Shown here: positions 14,367-28,478 of the stretch, piece after piece | Layout: each line of letters begins with the position of its first letter | Position numbering within the stretch: the first letter of the stretch is position 1 | Assembly (NCBI GenBank): GCA_951406725.2 | Contig: OX597825.1 | Location: forward strand, 9,176,001-9,240,000 | Length of the DNA: 64,000 bases | Direction of reading: 5' to 3' | DNA from: Octopus vulgaris | Lineage: Eukaryota | The notes under the pieces: model-generated | What the model was told of the DNA's origin: nothing | The model's database searches: none | The model's input: the letters and a program-made list of their open reading frames with translations, nothing else | Program-made: the position numbers and the translations under genes

Positions 14367-14468
14367 CAGTTATATGCTGCGATGAGTAGAGCAACGGACT
14401 CCAGTAATTTGAAATTTAGTGTCGACCAAACAGAAAATATCGTCTACAAAGAAGTTTTCCAATCATAA
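14367..14468 (+). pseudogene. Helitron RepHel (PIF1-like helicase) C-terminal remnant
   Basis: Translates QLYAAMSRATDSSNLKFSVDQTENIVYKEVFQS*, matching the characteristic Helitron end GQLYVAxSR...TxNIVYKEV. Confidence 0.85.
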
Positions 14469-15588
14469 TTGACATTATCGAAAGGAATATGATTCATAAT
14501 CTAAATAAGGAAATTTGTGAACTTTGAATGTATAAGAGTATAAACTAGGGTACAATGGTATAAACAGCTGAAATAAAAGCATATCTATATAACATTTTAC
14601 AAAAATACTTTTTATGTAGTGGTCGAAGGAATCTCTTGCTTTCGTTAGGAGTGGTCCACATAACCATTCATAATACAGAGGCTGGGAGCCTATGTCAGTT
14701 CGGGAGTGAATCTTCATCACATGTCACTGAGTCGCAAACACATCTCATATAGCTGCAATTGAATGCTGTATCATCAACAATAATGTGATTTCTCTAAGAC
14801 ATCAACCAGTAATCTACCAAAGTCCACTGACAAATTTCTCAATACATACTGCTGTTATGACTTCTCTCCCTCATTTTATGGCTCCATTGTAGATGGGTAT
14901 ATTTATTAGTATATGCTAATTGTAATCTTGAAACTAGCAGTTTTAGGAGACACAGCAAGCTTAATGGGAAGTTATTCTATGTTAATAAGAATTCTAATCC
15001 CCCGCCTTGTATCATTAGGGAATATAATTCATGATATATGTAAGCGGATCTGTGTTTATCGATCGATAAGGTAATCTGCAACTTGACCAAGACTTGCAAA
15101 ATGCTGTCGTAAAATCAGCTCTGAGAGCAGATATATAATGTGAACAATTAAAGTAAGGCATGCTAAATGAAGGCAGGTTTATGGTTAAATCCTGAATTCA
15201 TGTTTAATCGTTCTGAATTTTTTTGAATTCAGTATCTTGAGATATTCCAATGAGCAATAGGCATCTTTAGGATATTGAACAGAAAAATCCTGATGTTTAG
15301 TTCTTGTTGCAAATGCAACACCTCGTTGGAGAATGAAAATATGAAAATCTCTCTAAAGCAAACGAGAATAAAAATGTCCCCGAATGTAGTCGTATGGGAA
15401 CTGGCAGCTTCACATTAATACTCGGTCAAGGAAGTTGTATACAAAGGTAAAGTGCATTATTACATAAGTTACACCAGGACAATAGAAAATTATTTTGAAA
15501 TGTTTTAACTGACGAAATTAACACAGAATATTACTATTTGGTTTGACTTCATTATTGCAGTTTATATATGTGTGTGTGAATACATACG

Positions 15589-15620
<32 letters not shown>

Positions 15621-15627
<7 letters not shown>

Positions 15628-15735
15628 ATCACGTGACCGACCAGACCATCAGATGTTGTTACACATCGCTGGTCACAATGCGTTCGCATTGTTTTAACCT
15701 TCGAATGACGCTACCCCGCTGGCTAAGCGAGTAGG

Positions 15736-15740
<5 letters not shown>
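15621..15740 (-). mobile_element. Short GC-balanced repeat fragment (likely retroposon 3' end) inside a TA array
   Basis: 120-bp non-TA island flanked by pure TA on both sides, ending in a duplicated TCACGTGA tail. Family assignment is inferred. Confidence 0.5.
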
Positions 15741-15789
<49 letters not shown>

Positions 15790-15802
15790 TACATATACAC
15801 AT

Positions 15803-15854
<52 letters not shown>

Positions 15855-16271
15855 TTACATATATATATATATATATATGTGTACGTATACTTCCATACAA
15901 ATAATTGTACGTATGAATGCATGCATGTATGATATTATCTATGTACATGTGTGTGTGGTGAGGTCTGTAAATAAATATTAGATCCACTTAAAATATCTTT
16001 GGACATCTTTTATGGCATCAAATGCCTAAGATTGCTAAGTAGCCTGAAATGCACTCATCGGTCTACAGAAACACTGAAACGAGTGTTGGCATTTTATCAC
16101 CTTACGTTTTAAAGTGAAAACTTTCTCAACTGAAAACTCTGTGAAAATAACTTTTTTACAAGTCAAATATGTCCCAATCATATTTGAACGGATCTGAAAC
16201 TTTGTTCCCCCACAATACTACGTTGCGTGCCTAATATAACATAATATAACATATACTATAATATATGTATG

Positions 16272-16321
<50 letters not shown>

Positions 16322-16322
<1 letters not shown>

Positions 16323-16468
16323 CATCATTGTTCGACCGTGGTCGAGACAATGGAATTTACCATGTTGCGCCAGACTTCACGGTCCATCATAGCATTACGG
16401 AGGTCCTGTTGCAACCGCCTCTCAAGCTTCTTTGATAACGTCCAGGTTTCTGAGCCATATAGTAGGAT
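16322..16468 (-). pseudogene. RTE-clade LINE 3' fragment with internal deletion, inside a TA array
   Basis: ILLYGSETWTLSKKLERRL (RTE LLYGxETW motif) is fused directly to the C-terminal QQDLRNAMMDREVWRNMV..., followed by a (TGA)n-like tail. Confidence 0.85.
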
Positions 16469-16552
16469 TATATATATATTATAGTATGTATATATATATG
16501 TATGTCCAAACATACATGCATATATATATACATATATATATGTGTCTGTGTA

Positions 16553-16590
<38 letters not shown>

Positions 16591-16664
16591 GTTTTTATAT
16601 ATACATTTATAAACCTAGGTTTTATGCATATAGACAAAATATGTTTTCATACAAGCATATACAA

Positions 16665-16712
<48 letters not shown>

Positions 16713-17379
16713 GTTAATAAATGCACACGCACACACACATATGTGTACGAAAACCTAGTAGAACTATCACATTAACAGTGAACATATCTAGTGGCTAGAG
16801 GTGTATATTTTTTTCTTCACAACTAACATCAGAGTGAATGTTAATTATTCAAAACTTTAGGCCAATGCTTTTTTTTGGTCTTTTCAATAAATATTATCTA
16901 CAGTTATCTGCCGTGCATATTTAATACGAAAGTGGTTTTCTTCTTTCAGTTTCATAACAAATACAAACCTCTCCATTTCCGAGCTGCCGCAAAGTTAATA
17001 ACTGAACCCCCTAAAGACGGAAACCCCTTTCATGTTTCGAAGCGTAAAAATCCTTCGTAAATTACATCTAACGCAGTTTGGAAAATATAATTAGCTTTGA
17101 ACGAATGAAAACTGAAATTTCAAATATTGGCAACCGTTCTTGCATACGTTGCATTTCAACTCTGTACAATGCCATCGAGAATATACCTCTCTATTTCTCA
17201 CTCTCTCGTCTTTGCTCTCTTCTTCTCTCTCTCTCCATTCTATCTATTTATCTATCTCCATCTTCCTCATATATGCACACACACGCACACACATTCACAC
17301 AAGCACACCTGTATACAAACGTTTATATACATCCATTTAAATACATGTACACATATAGGTATGCATTTATATATGTATA

Positions 17380-17512
17380 CGTTTCAGTCGGCCACATTTC
17401 CAATAAAAGTATTGGTCACCTTGAAACTAGAACACTCTTAACCAATTTGTAGTGTAGTGGGATGTAACCTGGAACTTCACAGTTTAGATGTAACTTTTTG
17501 ACTACGCCTGTG
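17380..17512 (-). mobile_element. Highly diverged SINE family B head
   Basis: Weak similarity to 33705-33860 (TTTCAGT...TTGGTC...AGTGGGA...AACC...). Confidence 0.4.
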
Positions 17513-17726
17513 CCCATTGTTGTTCATATTGCTCAACCACAGTTCGGGCTTTAAACACAAGCGGAAAAAAAATTAACACTAGCAGCCGTAAGTTGTTTTG
17601 ACTGGAATGTTCTTAGTTTTGTTGCTTGAAACAAAATGTTAATCATACATGAACATGGACTTTCATTTTAATAACATTAGGTATTGTCGAAGTGTTGCTA
17701 AATTTGTATGTATCAATATGATGTTT

Positions 17727-18128
17727 GAAGGTGGTGAGCTGGCAGAATCGTTCACACGCCGGACGAAATGCTTCGCAGTATTTCATCTGACGTTACGTTC
17801 TGAGTTCAAATTCCGCCGGGGTCGACTTTGCCTTTCATCCTTTTGGGGTCGATAAATGAAGTACCAGTTACGCACTAGATCGATGTAATCGTCTTAATCC
17901 GTTTGTATGTCCTTGTTTGTTCTCTCTGTGTTTAGCCCCTTGTGGGTAGTAAAGAAATAGGTATTTCCTCTGCCGCTACGTTCTCAGTTCAAATTCCGCC
18001 AAGGTCAACTTTGCCTTTCATCCTTTCGGGATCGATAAATTAAGTACTAGTTACGCACTGGTGTCAATGTAATCGACTTAATCCGATTTTTTTACCACTT
18101 TATGTTTATCCGCTTGTGGGCAATAAAA
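17727..18128 (+). mobile_element. SINE family A, head-to-tail dimer
   Basis: Complete unit 17727-17959, then a second unit starting at GGTATTTC (about 17960) that lacks the first ~50 nt. Confidence 0.9.
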
Positions 18129-18432
18129 AATTAATATACCGTTTGAGATACATATGGTTATCCATTCACTTGTATTCATTCAGAGTCGCTTACATACGGA
18201 CACTAGACCTCAACACAAAAGGTTTGTACTAAAATAGTTTTGGGTGTAATTTGATAGAACCAATTTTTATGATAGTTTAGAAATACTAGATATGTAATTC
18301 TAAAGTCCAGCCGTTATCACATATTTTCTTTAAATTGTTTCACTTCTGTTAAAAGTACAAGGGCCATCGGAATACTCTTCCAGTTACAAGGGAGTTTAAC
18401 GAGTGGCAATTTCAGATGATCGATTAACCGAA

Positions 18433-18595
<163 letters not shown>

Positions 18596-19708
18596 CTATA
18601 TATATATACACTCTATGTGCGTGTCTGCCTGTATGTCTGTGTTTGCACGCACATGAGTTTGTATTTGTGTGTGGGCGTGTGTGTGTGTGATATACGTACG
18701 TCTGTGTGGTTGTGTTATACATTTACACAAGATGCTCCGATGGCAAAAAGGAAAGAACCAACGAAATTGCTTTCAGTAAAAAAAAATTTTAAAAATAATA
18801 AAACATAAATGAAACAAAACTAAAGAAGAAAAAAAACAAACAATAAAATAATAAAACGTGACACATCTAAAGCTCCGAGACTAAGCTTAAGACAATTTTA
18901 TCAATTAAAAACTGATTGAGAAGACATTAAAGAGAGCTTACCTGTCACCAACTAATTGAATGATACTCTACCTAGCTGTCGACATCAAGATAGCCTTATT
19001 AAACACAGCTTCGTTTTGTGTATTGCTAATTTCACAATTCTCAATCACCATACGCAAGTTTTCCTTTTATTTTATTTTCCTCTGTTTTCTTGTGTTTATT
19101 TAATTTTTTCAATATTCTACAGTGCTTGTTGATGTGAATTTTAAACTATAGAATATGTTACTAAGGAACGAATGAAGAGTGTATATTAAGAATATTGTGT
19201 TAAATACGTTATTAAAATTGATCAGTTAGGAAAAGAATTTGTCTATTATCTTGAGGCGAAAAAGAATTGAGCATTGACAGCAAGACTGTCAGTTTTTGAA
19301 TGTCCAATTAAGAAGATTACCACTCAAAGCGAAACAAGTACTTTGGAGACTCTGACATTAAATGTACAAACATACATGTACAGACATATGCTTAAAGTTT
19401 CTTCAAGAAGAAAGTTGTTTTAAATTCAGAACATAAACCTCTTACACACACACACACACACACAGATGTGCGAATATGCGTGCGAGTGAATGACCGTGCG
19501 TGTGTGGCAATGATTGTACTTTTCTGTTCTGTGCTTAGTCGGCAACAGATAATAGAGTTTTTAGAACAAATTATATAAATTTAACATTTGTTTATAAAAA
19601 AATGAACGAGGAGATATTCATAAATAGATAAGCAGAGGTACATGTATGCAGACATATATGCACATGCAAAGGAATGCAATACGCATATAAACATATATAC
19701 ATACGCAA

Positions 19709-19748
<40 letters not shown>

Positions 19749-19789
19749 GGATCAAAACAGTTTGATTCAAATTCGTTGATACTCGGCCA

Positions 19790-20560
19790 ATAGAGAGTTC
19801 TCTATCAGGGCTGCCACGCCACTACAACGATGATTTGGCTAGGAGCGAGTTTACTCAGAAGCTCACTGTGAACAACCTCCTAACACCTTACCTCACCCTA
19901 AAGGTATAAGGAAGAGGAAAACTATATGGTACATGACCCCTTTCAACCTAGAAGTTTCTACGAACCTAGCTAGGGGCTTCCTGTCGTTAATTAAGAAATA
20001 CTTCCCCCGAGGTCACAGTTATTAAAAGCTCTTCAACCCCATAGTATCAAGGTGAGCTACTCCTGCTTAGACAACATCGCATCTAACATTGCACACATCA
20101 ACAGACGTAAAAATTCACCCGCGCCAACCAAACCCCAACTTGCAATCCCCCAAACCCACCATGTGCCCTCTAGAAGGATCCTGCGTCTCAAGGGACGTTG
20201 TATACAGAGCCACCTTCACACCATCCGATGGCATTATTGGGCACTATAGGGGTATGACAGCTAATAAGTTCATGGGAAGAAACTCTCAACATATGCACTC
20301 ATTCAGATCCAGTGATAGAGGGAACTCTACTTCCCTGTCTCGTTTTCTCTAGGGATTCCGTGACCTTCATGATGTAACACCCAGCATAAAGTGGACTATT
20401 GTCAACAGAGTGCCACCATATTCACCCGGTACTCCAAACTGCCAGTTCTGCTAACGCGAAAAACTGTATATCCTACAATAACTTGTAGTATCCATCAACA
20501 AGAAATACGACTTTTCTTCAGCAGAGGTACGCCATTGTGACAAATTTCAAGCTTCTGACT
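19790..20560 (+). pseudogene. Penelope-like element, C-terminal linker plus GIY-YIG endonuclease remnant
   Basis: RKRKTIWYMTPFNLEVSTNLARGFLSLIKKYFP...KLFNP..KVSYSCLDNI, CPLEGSC..DVVYRAT..HYRGMT..HMHSF..NSTSLS, IKWTIV..PYSPGTPNCQFC*REK, with stops and frameshifts. Confidence 0.85.
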
Positions 20561-20584
20561 GCCGACAACATTCTGACTGCTAAC

Positions 20585-20845
20585 GACTAGACTGTACCTC
20601 GAAATTAATCCTCTGAGGCACAGGTTCGTGTAATGTTCTTTGTGGAAGACCAGTAGTCGCCCATGCCACGCCACCGATGTCATCCAATGGAATGGCAACG
20701 ACCAATACATCTTGGCACCAGTGACATCGCCAGACTTTTCTACAGCTGAGTGAAGTGGAACAGCGTGAAATAAAGTGTTTTGCTCAAGAAAATAGCACAT
20801 CCCCCGCTTCAGGAATCGAAATAACTACCTCATGATTTGAGACAA
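20585..20845 (-). mobile_element. SINE family C, diverged copy
   Basis: Colinear with 1700-1970 (GAGGCACA...GTCGCCCATGC...CTTGGCAC...TTCTACARCTGAGT...CTCAAGAA...GGAATCGAA). Confidence 0.85.
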
Positions 20846-22739
20846 TCAGCGAAATATGTAGATTTCTAATGCTTTCCAGTCTCCTTGTCAATTAAATTGT
20901 AATCAAACTCCACTTACAATAAAATAAACCATCAAGCTCTCCACACATACGATGGGTTATTAAAGTTGTTTTGATATTCCATTCACTTCCTTCTGGAACA
21001 TTTAATTTTATGCACTCCATTCCTCAGTTATTTTTCAGCTTAATCATTGTACATGCACACAGGCCTACCGAATTATTTATCCTTGTGTTTGTACATCATT
21101 GTTGCACCGAGGAGCTTCTCTCACATACGTAAAAAAATTACAATAATGCAGGTTTACTAAATAAGATGAATACTTAAAAATGAATAAATGGAAACTCTTA
21201 TTGTAACATAACAATGAGAACATATATATAAAGCATGAGACACGTCAAAGCAACCATGTACGAATTCATACATAACGTTTACATATGTGTAGGTACGCAT
21301 ATTGACATAAAGAAATATTTCTCTTTATTTCTTTTCTTTTTCTCACTGCACACACACATAGACACACATACATATATGTATACACATAAATTTATTGATA
21401 CACAATAATCCGATAAACTTCATAATTTATTCATTATTCTTTAGTGTGATTTTCCTTCTATTACATTGAATGGAAATAGGATACCATTTTTTAAAAAATA
21501 TTACGTAATATTGACAGTTGCTAATATGTCGGTTAGCTAACTTATCAGAGGGGCTATAAATGACGTGATCGAAATAGCTGATCGCTAAGTATATTTTAAT
21601 TTATTTATCATTGAAGGGAAGAGAAGCAATGTAATGCTCTCATGTCAAAGCGACCAAGGTCCAAAGAGGGATACAAGACGTGTCTGAAAGTGCCGAGAAC
21701 GCAATAAAGGAGCTTCTACACATTTCTGTCTACTAATTTCTTATTTAATAGTTTCTTCAATAAACGCATATTTTCATATTTTAAAGCTACCGTCCGATGT
21801 AATTATCACACTTAAACACCATAAACAGATTATTTTGTTGAGGCTATTTCTACAGAAATTATAACCAGCATTGCCATTTTGCTAACACTAAATATTTACC
21901 ATAGACAGATAACAAGGCATTTCTGATTAATCTTAATCCATTCCAAGAAAAGTGACATTTAAGATTGATAATATACTCATGATTGGTCCTAAACTGTAAT
22001 GATATAAATCTATTACTAAAGCACATTTTATCGACATGTTACTAGTCACGTAGGAAAGAAATTGTACTCTTATTGTATGCATTAGAAGCATAACTTGATT
22101 AATCTAAAACGTATGGTCACAAACCTAAGAAAAACTCTCCTCGGGTCCCCAGAGAACACCTTACATCATAACACAAGTTAGCTAACCATAGACTTTTGTA
22201 GGAGTGGTATTTTTTTACTCGAGTGAAGGACGGTAGGAAAAATATACATTAGACAAACAGAAAACTTATTTAAACATTTCGAAGTGAAATACACCAATCG
22301 TGTTCAGCTTTACTAAAAGCAAATTATATCAAGTTTTTTTACGCAGATTACATGTAAAACTGAACTCATTCTCTCTCAAATGTATATGTGTGTGCTTCGA
22401 TGTGTCTGTGTGTGAGAGAGAGTAAGTGTAGTTATTTGCCTGTTTAAATCTGTAACTAACGCGCAGGTATACATACGACTGCGATATAAAATCAATACAA
22501 ATAAACTCGAAAAATGATTGTGGCGAGCTCGCCAAAAATAATCGATTACATATAAGTGTTTGTACATGTATAATATATATATATATATATATGTATGTGT
22601 ATCTATAAAATATATATAGTTATGCATACATATGTATCTATATATACATATGCATGCATAACTATATATATTTTATATTTACACATACATATATATATAC
22701 TATACATGTACTGACACTTATATGTAATCGATTATATAT

Positions 22740-22754
22740 ATATGTATGTATGTA

Positions 22755-22790
<36 letters not shown>

Positions 22791-22804
22791 TGTATGTATG
22801 TATG

Positions 22805-22845
<41 letters not shown>

Positions 22846-22915
22846 GTATGTATGTATGTATGTATGTACGTATGTATGTATGTATGTACGTATGTATGTA
22901 TGTATGTAAGTATGT
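22740..22915. repeat. (TATG)n microsatellite
   Basis: Tetranucleotide array. Confidence 0.95.
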
Positions 22916-23346
22916 GTATTGTGTGGTGGAGTGCAAGATTTATTTGTTTGGCTTATTTGATAGACTTTACACGACGCAAGAATAGCATTGACTAAGGTGT
23001 AATGTCGAAGAAGCGGCAACCTGTAGGGTTCCGAGTTGACCACCTACCCTTACAGCTACATTACATTAAGTATCTATCGCATCTTAATGATAGTGCATTT
23101 ATTCACCTCGCATGACGTGAATCAATCGCCAAAGTATTGTTTAATACAACATAGACAATAAGTTGAAATTATTTTCCATTAATATATAATTTATTCATAA
23201 ACATTATTATTTTTCAACGTGTTTCAGTCGCTGGACTTTGGCCATGCAATTGCAGCTCATTGAAACATGATCGATTTCATTGACCTTCGACACGCAGGCC
23301 ATTGCTTATATGTGTGTGTGTTTGTTTGTGTGTGTGTACACATAAT

Positions 23347-23734
23347 CTTGTGAAGCACTCCGTCGGTTACGACGATGAGGATCCCGGTTGATCCGAATCA
23401 GCGGAACAGCCTGCTCGTGAAATTAACGTGTAAGTGGCTGAGCACTCCACAGACACGTGCACCCTTAACGTAGTTCTCGGGGATATTCAGCGTGACACAG
23501 AGAGTGACAAGGCCGGCCCCTTGAATCACAAGTACAACAGAAACAGGAAGTAAGAGTGAGGGAAAGTTGTGGTGAAAGAGTACAGCAGGGATCACCACCA
23601 TCCCCTGTCGGAGCCTCGTGGAGCTTTAGGTGTTTTCGCTCAATAAACACTCACAACGCCCGGTCTGGGAATCGAAACCGCGATCCTATGACCGCGAGTC
23701 CGCTGACCTAACCACTGGGCCATTGCGCCTCCAC
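23347..23734 (-). mobile_element. tRNA-derived SINE family D, full length, with 9-bp TSD
   Basis: Minus strand GTGGAGGCGCAATGGCCCAGTGGTTAGG (A box)...GGTTTCGATTCCC (B box). ACACATAAT at 23338-23346 and 23735-23743. Confidence 0.92.
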
Positions 23735-24110
23735 ACACATAATATATACGTATCTGCAAGTGTCTTACCTTTATATACATACGTATATAAACGCCAGGAT
23801 TCCAAAACGTATCTGTCTATCAACTCCTAACATCATAGAAATAATAAGAAGAGAAAGAGTGAGAAGGGGAGGGGGAAGGGAAAGAAAGTGAGAGAGTGTG
23901 CTTGTAGTGGTCGTTGGTTACAGACCGAGAACAACGCGGTGAATGCGCCACCATTCTGTCAAGTAATTAATGTGTTTCAGTTACCCATTGACAACAATAT
24001 GTGTCCATTTGTCTCACGTCTTTCGAAGGTTGTCTACGGGAGCTGGGCATATGTGACTCACACGCGCGTGCACTCGCACGCACGCACACACAGACACACA
24101 CACACATACA

Positions 24111-24156
<46 letters not shown>

Positions 24157-24224
24157 CGGAAGGATAGAGAGGAAGAAAGAAAGAAACAGAGACAGGGAGC
24201 CGGACACACTAACAACCAGACAGT

Positions 24225-24264
<40 letters not shown>

Positions 24265-24288
24265 ACTGTATATATATATGTGTATGTT

Positions 24289-24334
<46 letters not shown>

Positions 24335-24352
24335 TATATATATATATATACG

Positions 24353-24396
<44 letters not shown>

Positions 24397-25499
24397 ACAC
24401 ACACACATATATATATACGTAAATATATATATATATATATAAAGAGAGAGAGAGGGGTGGGGAGAGGGAGAGGAAAGAGATGTTTGTGTCACCCATTCAA
24501 GGAAAGCGAAGAGAAGTTTTTAAAAATATTTTGTGTGTGTGTGTATGTGTGCGCGCGGGTGTGAATCTGTGCGTTTTTGATTATATGTTTTATAGCGGTT
24601 AATTGATGGCTTTAATGTCGTGCAATCTTTGAATGCTGTGGTTTTGCGGAATGTATTTTTTCGAATGAAGTATGATTAATTTTTTTTCTTTGCGTTCATT
24701 TCGTATTTTTTGATAAAAATTTATTTTAGAAGTAAATTGCATTAAAATGGATTATAATCAACCTGAGATAAATTATGAACCTAACGTGTCAAATCGGATT
24801 TGGATGTTATTGAAATGTATTATAAATAATCGCCGATGTGCTGACGTGCGTATAGGACGTCTAAGCGCAAAATTTTATCAAAGTATATAGCTTTACAGTA
24901 TAAGACTAGCGGTGAGTTTTGTAATTATATGATTTAAAACTAAATCCGCGACTGTATACAGAATTCAAATTTTTAAAAATATTGTCAGTTTTCTTGTGAT
25001 CAATTTATTAAGTCTGAATGACATATAGAGAAATCGACGCTTATCCGTTTGGTCAAACACTGTTTTAAAACGAAAATTCTAATTTACATTTTGTGATAAA
25101 TAATGACTCCCGTTTGATGAAGCATCATTTCAATAAAAGCTACATCTAAAATTTCACAATCAAACGTATATCACAGGAAAGAAGCAAAGTCAATTTCCAT
25201 CTATAAAAACTAGATTTCAAATATATTTTAAAAGGTTAACAAAAGAACCTGAACATACCGATATTTTAAAACAACGATCAAATGTTTAAAATGAAAAGGC
25301 AATTAAGAAAATCGCCATTCCTGACATTTTTATCAAAGCAAAACCCTTTAAATTGCTGGTTGGTTCTGTTTCTTTTTACTTTTTCTAACAGAAATACTAG
25401 GATAGACCGCTTTTATTTTACTAACTTTTAGGCATTTGTCTAGACAGTGCGAACTCACACATCTATATCTATCTATCTACTTATCAATCTATCTTTAAA

Positions 25500-26285
25500 T
25501 ATTGGGTTGTCCGGAAAGTTCATGCTGATTTTGAAGGGAAACTAAAATGCAAAGTAAAATTATACCATTAAATATTTATTCAACTAAATATGAAGCAGTT
25601 TGTTGCACAAGCGTTCTCCATCTTTCCTTCAATTTAAAGGTTGGGTCATCCCAGAATATCTGTGGTTTCTTGGCAAATCACGCATTAATGTGTATTTGTA
25701 TGTTCTCCAAAGAATTACAATTTTACCATTGAGATTATTTTGCAAGGACCTGAATAAACAGCAATTCAAACGAACAATGTCTGGTGAATATGGCGGGTGG
25801 AGTAACACATCCCAGTCAAGCTACAAGAATTTTTGACGGTCGCCAAAGAAACTAGAGGTCTGGCATTATCCTAAAGGAAAGTGACACCATTCTTGTTCGC
25901 CAATTCTGGGTATTTCCCTTGTATTGCTGCCTTTAAATCGTCAAGTCGCGAGCAGTGCTTTCAGAATTAATTGGCTGGTTACTTGGCAGAAGCTCATAGT
26001 GGAGGATCTCTCTTGCAAACCCACTAGATGCAGAGCATGACTTTCTTAGGATGAAGACTTGCTTTTGAGGTGGTTAAAGGAAGCTCATGTCGCTTACCCC
26101 AGGATCTTTTTCGCTGGACGTTGGTGTAAACAATCCATTTCTCAACACCCCTGAGAATTTGCTTCAAAAATTATCCATTTTCATTGTGCATATGCAGCAA
26201 ATCACAGGTAGAAATATGATCCAAAAGATTCTTTTCTATCAGATTGTGTGGTACCCAAACATTGAAGCGATTTGAGTACCCAAGG
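25500..26285 (-). mobile_element. Mariner transposon remnant (transposase fragment plus one terminal repeat)
   Basis: Minus-strand motifs WVPHNL (about 26240-26257), EKWIVY..LHPKKVMLCI, DNARP and HPPYSPD (about 25779-25799). TA followed by TTGGGTTGTCCGGAAAGTT at the left end. Confidence 0.92.
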
Positions 26286-27207
26286 TTTATTAAGTGCTCA
26301 TATATATATACACAAGTTTTAAATTCGAGCTACTATTAGTTTCATGCATCTCAAAATTCAATGGTCGGACTAACTTGTATAAGTATAGGTGTGTTTCCAA
26401 TAGCGATCATAAATTCAACATCGCAGCTCTCTGAGAAAGAAAGAAGAACGACAGACACATATTTATGTATATACACTTCTGCGTGTGTATATGTATGAAA
26501 TGATATATAATTAGGTCTGTATGTATGACTGTTATACATCTCACGATGCAGAAAGTGGTTGTGCACTATATTTAATCCCCATTGATGTGCTTGTAAGCGT
26601 CTAATTCGAAGGGGATCCAAAAGTGCGGGCCAAACGCAGAATTTTTTATATCACGAATGAAATCGAGGCTTTGTTGATCAGTTCGTCCTGGTTTGTAATT
26701 TCAATTGTATTTTATCGTTCACAAGCTGGGATGTGTCACAAATCAGCCAACTGCATCTTCAGTCACTGTTCGCTCACGATTAAAATTTGGACATTTTTTC
26801 AAAATTGTCTTATATACATATTTACAATGCCTTCCAACACCCATTCGTGTGCGTTTCATTTCTATCTCTAGCAGTATACGGTGGCTTAGTATTCTCACGA
26901 ATTATATGGATTCAATTATGTTAGCTTATTTATCTATACACTTGTTTCATTCCTTTCTTCTTTTTTCACTAATGAGATATGGCTGTATGTGTGTATATAC
27001 GTAAGTACGTATATATACATGTTTACATTAATATATAAACTTAAAATAGATATACATTATCTTAATACATTCAAATATATACACGCTCAGGTTTACAGAT
27101 ATAATTGTGTGTGAGCGTGTGTGCGTGTGTCTATTTATTTATATCTCTCTCGCTCACTCTCTCACTCTCTGTCTATATATGTGCGCGTGTATGTATGTGT
27201 ATGTACG

Positions 27208-27250
<43 letters not shown>

Positions 27251-27271
27251 TCATTTATCTATTGATATATA

Positions 27272-27339
<68 letters not shown>

Positions 27340-28078
27340 TATGTATATATATACATACACACACATATGTATATAACCTAAATATTTATAGATTCCTGAT
27401 TTTACTGATGTGCTTCTGTATGCACACATGTGCAGCTTTTGAGTGCAAGCATATAAATATGCATCAGCTACTGTGTATCTTTGATAACAACTAATGTGTT
27501 TTTTTTTAGTCCTCAACACTATGCTTCAATAACTGAATAGCACATAATTTTATGAGCTTCACCATTATTACCTTATTATACGAATACCTCCCGCTGCCTC
27601 GCACCAAATGTCTTTTCACATCATATTGTTTTACACATCATATTCTTCTTTATATTATATTCTATATAATAGACTAGAGTGAATACTTTTGAACACGAGT
27701 GGTGTATATTTAATGAAACCAATAAACTAGGAATTAAATTTATTGAGTTGGAAAAAAGAACTCGAAATGTTATAATAGTCTTTTTTGTGGGGGCTTAATG
27801 ATCGTGATACGATAGATGAGGAGATGTAATATTTGATCAGCGAGTTTACCATAACCAATGTAAATGTGCTTCGGCAGTGCCAAATTTTCTCATCTCAAGG
27901 AGATAAATTCATGCAGCATTTCGATGTATCGTAATAAAAATATGAACAAAGACAGCCTATAAAAAAAAACCTACCATCTATATTAGACTCTCTCTCTCTC
28001 AGAAGGGGATGAAGTTTCTGCGTATTCACCAGGGTTTAGAACGAAATTAACGGAGCACTTTGCCCGTTATGAATACAT

Positions 28079-28126
<48 letters not shown>

Positions 28127-28229
28127 GTATATATGTATGTGTGTATGTGTATATGTGCGCATGTCTATGTATATATGTACGCATGTATACGCTTGTATAT
28201 GCGTATTATGGGTGGATTCAATCATATAT

Positions 28230-28478
28230 ATATTTCTTCACTACCCGCAAGGGGCTAAATACAGAGGGGACGAACAAGGACAGACAAACAAGGATAGAAA
28301 AACGGGTTAAGTCGATTACATCGACCCCAGTGCCAATCTGGTACTTATTTAATCGACCCCGAAAGCATGAAAGGCAAAGTCGACTTCGGGGAAATTTGAA
28401 CTCAGAACGTAGCGGCAGATGAAATACGGCTACGCATTTCGCCCGGCGTGCTAACGTTTCTGCCGGCTCGCCGCCTTT
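28230..28478 (-). mobile_element. SINE family A, full length
   Basis: Minus strand AAGGCGGCGAGCCGGCAGAAACGTTAGCACGCCGGGCG...CTGAGTTCAAATTT...TAGCCCCTTGCGGGTAGTGAAGAAATA. Confidence 0.92.

Noticed and set aside
18935-18950. Minus-strand CAG/GTAAG donor-like site
   Set aside because: Isolated motif expected by chance in 64 kb; no supporting exon.
23660-23734. tRNA gene (also the heads near 1940-2006, 6133 and 33790-33860)
   Set aside because: A/B boxes are present but continue into SINE bodies, two of them with TSDs; no complete acceptor stem was evident.
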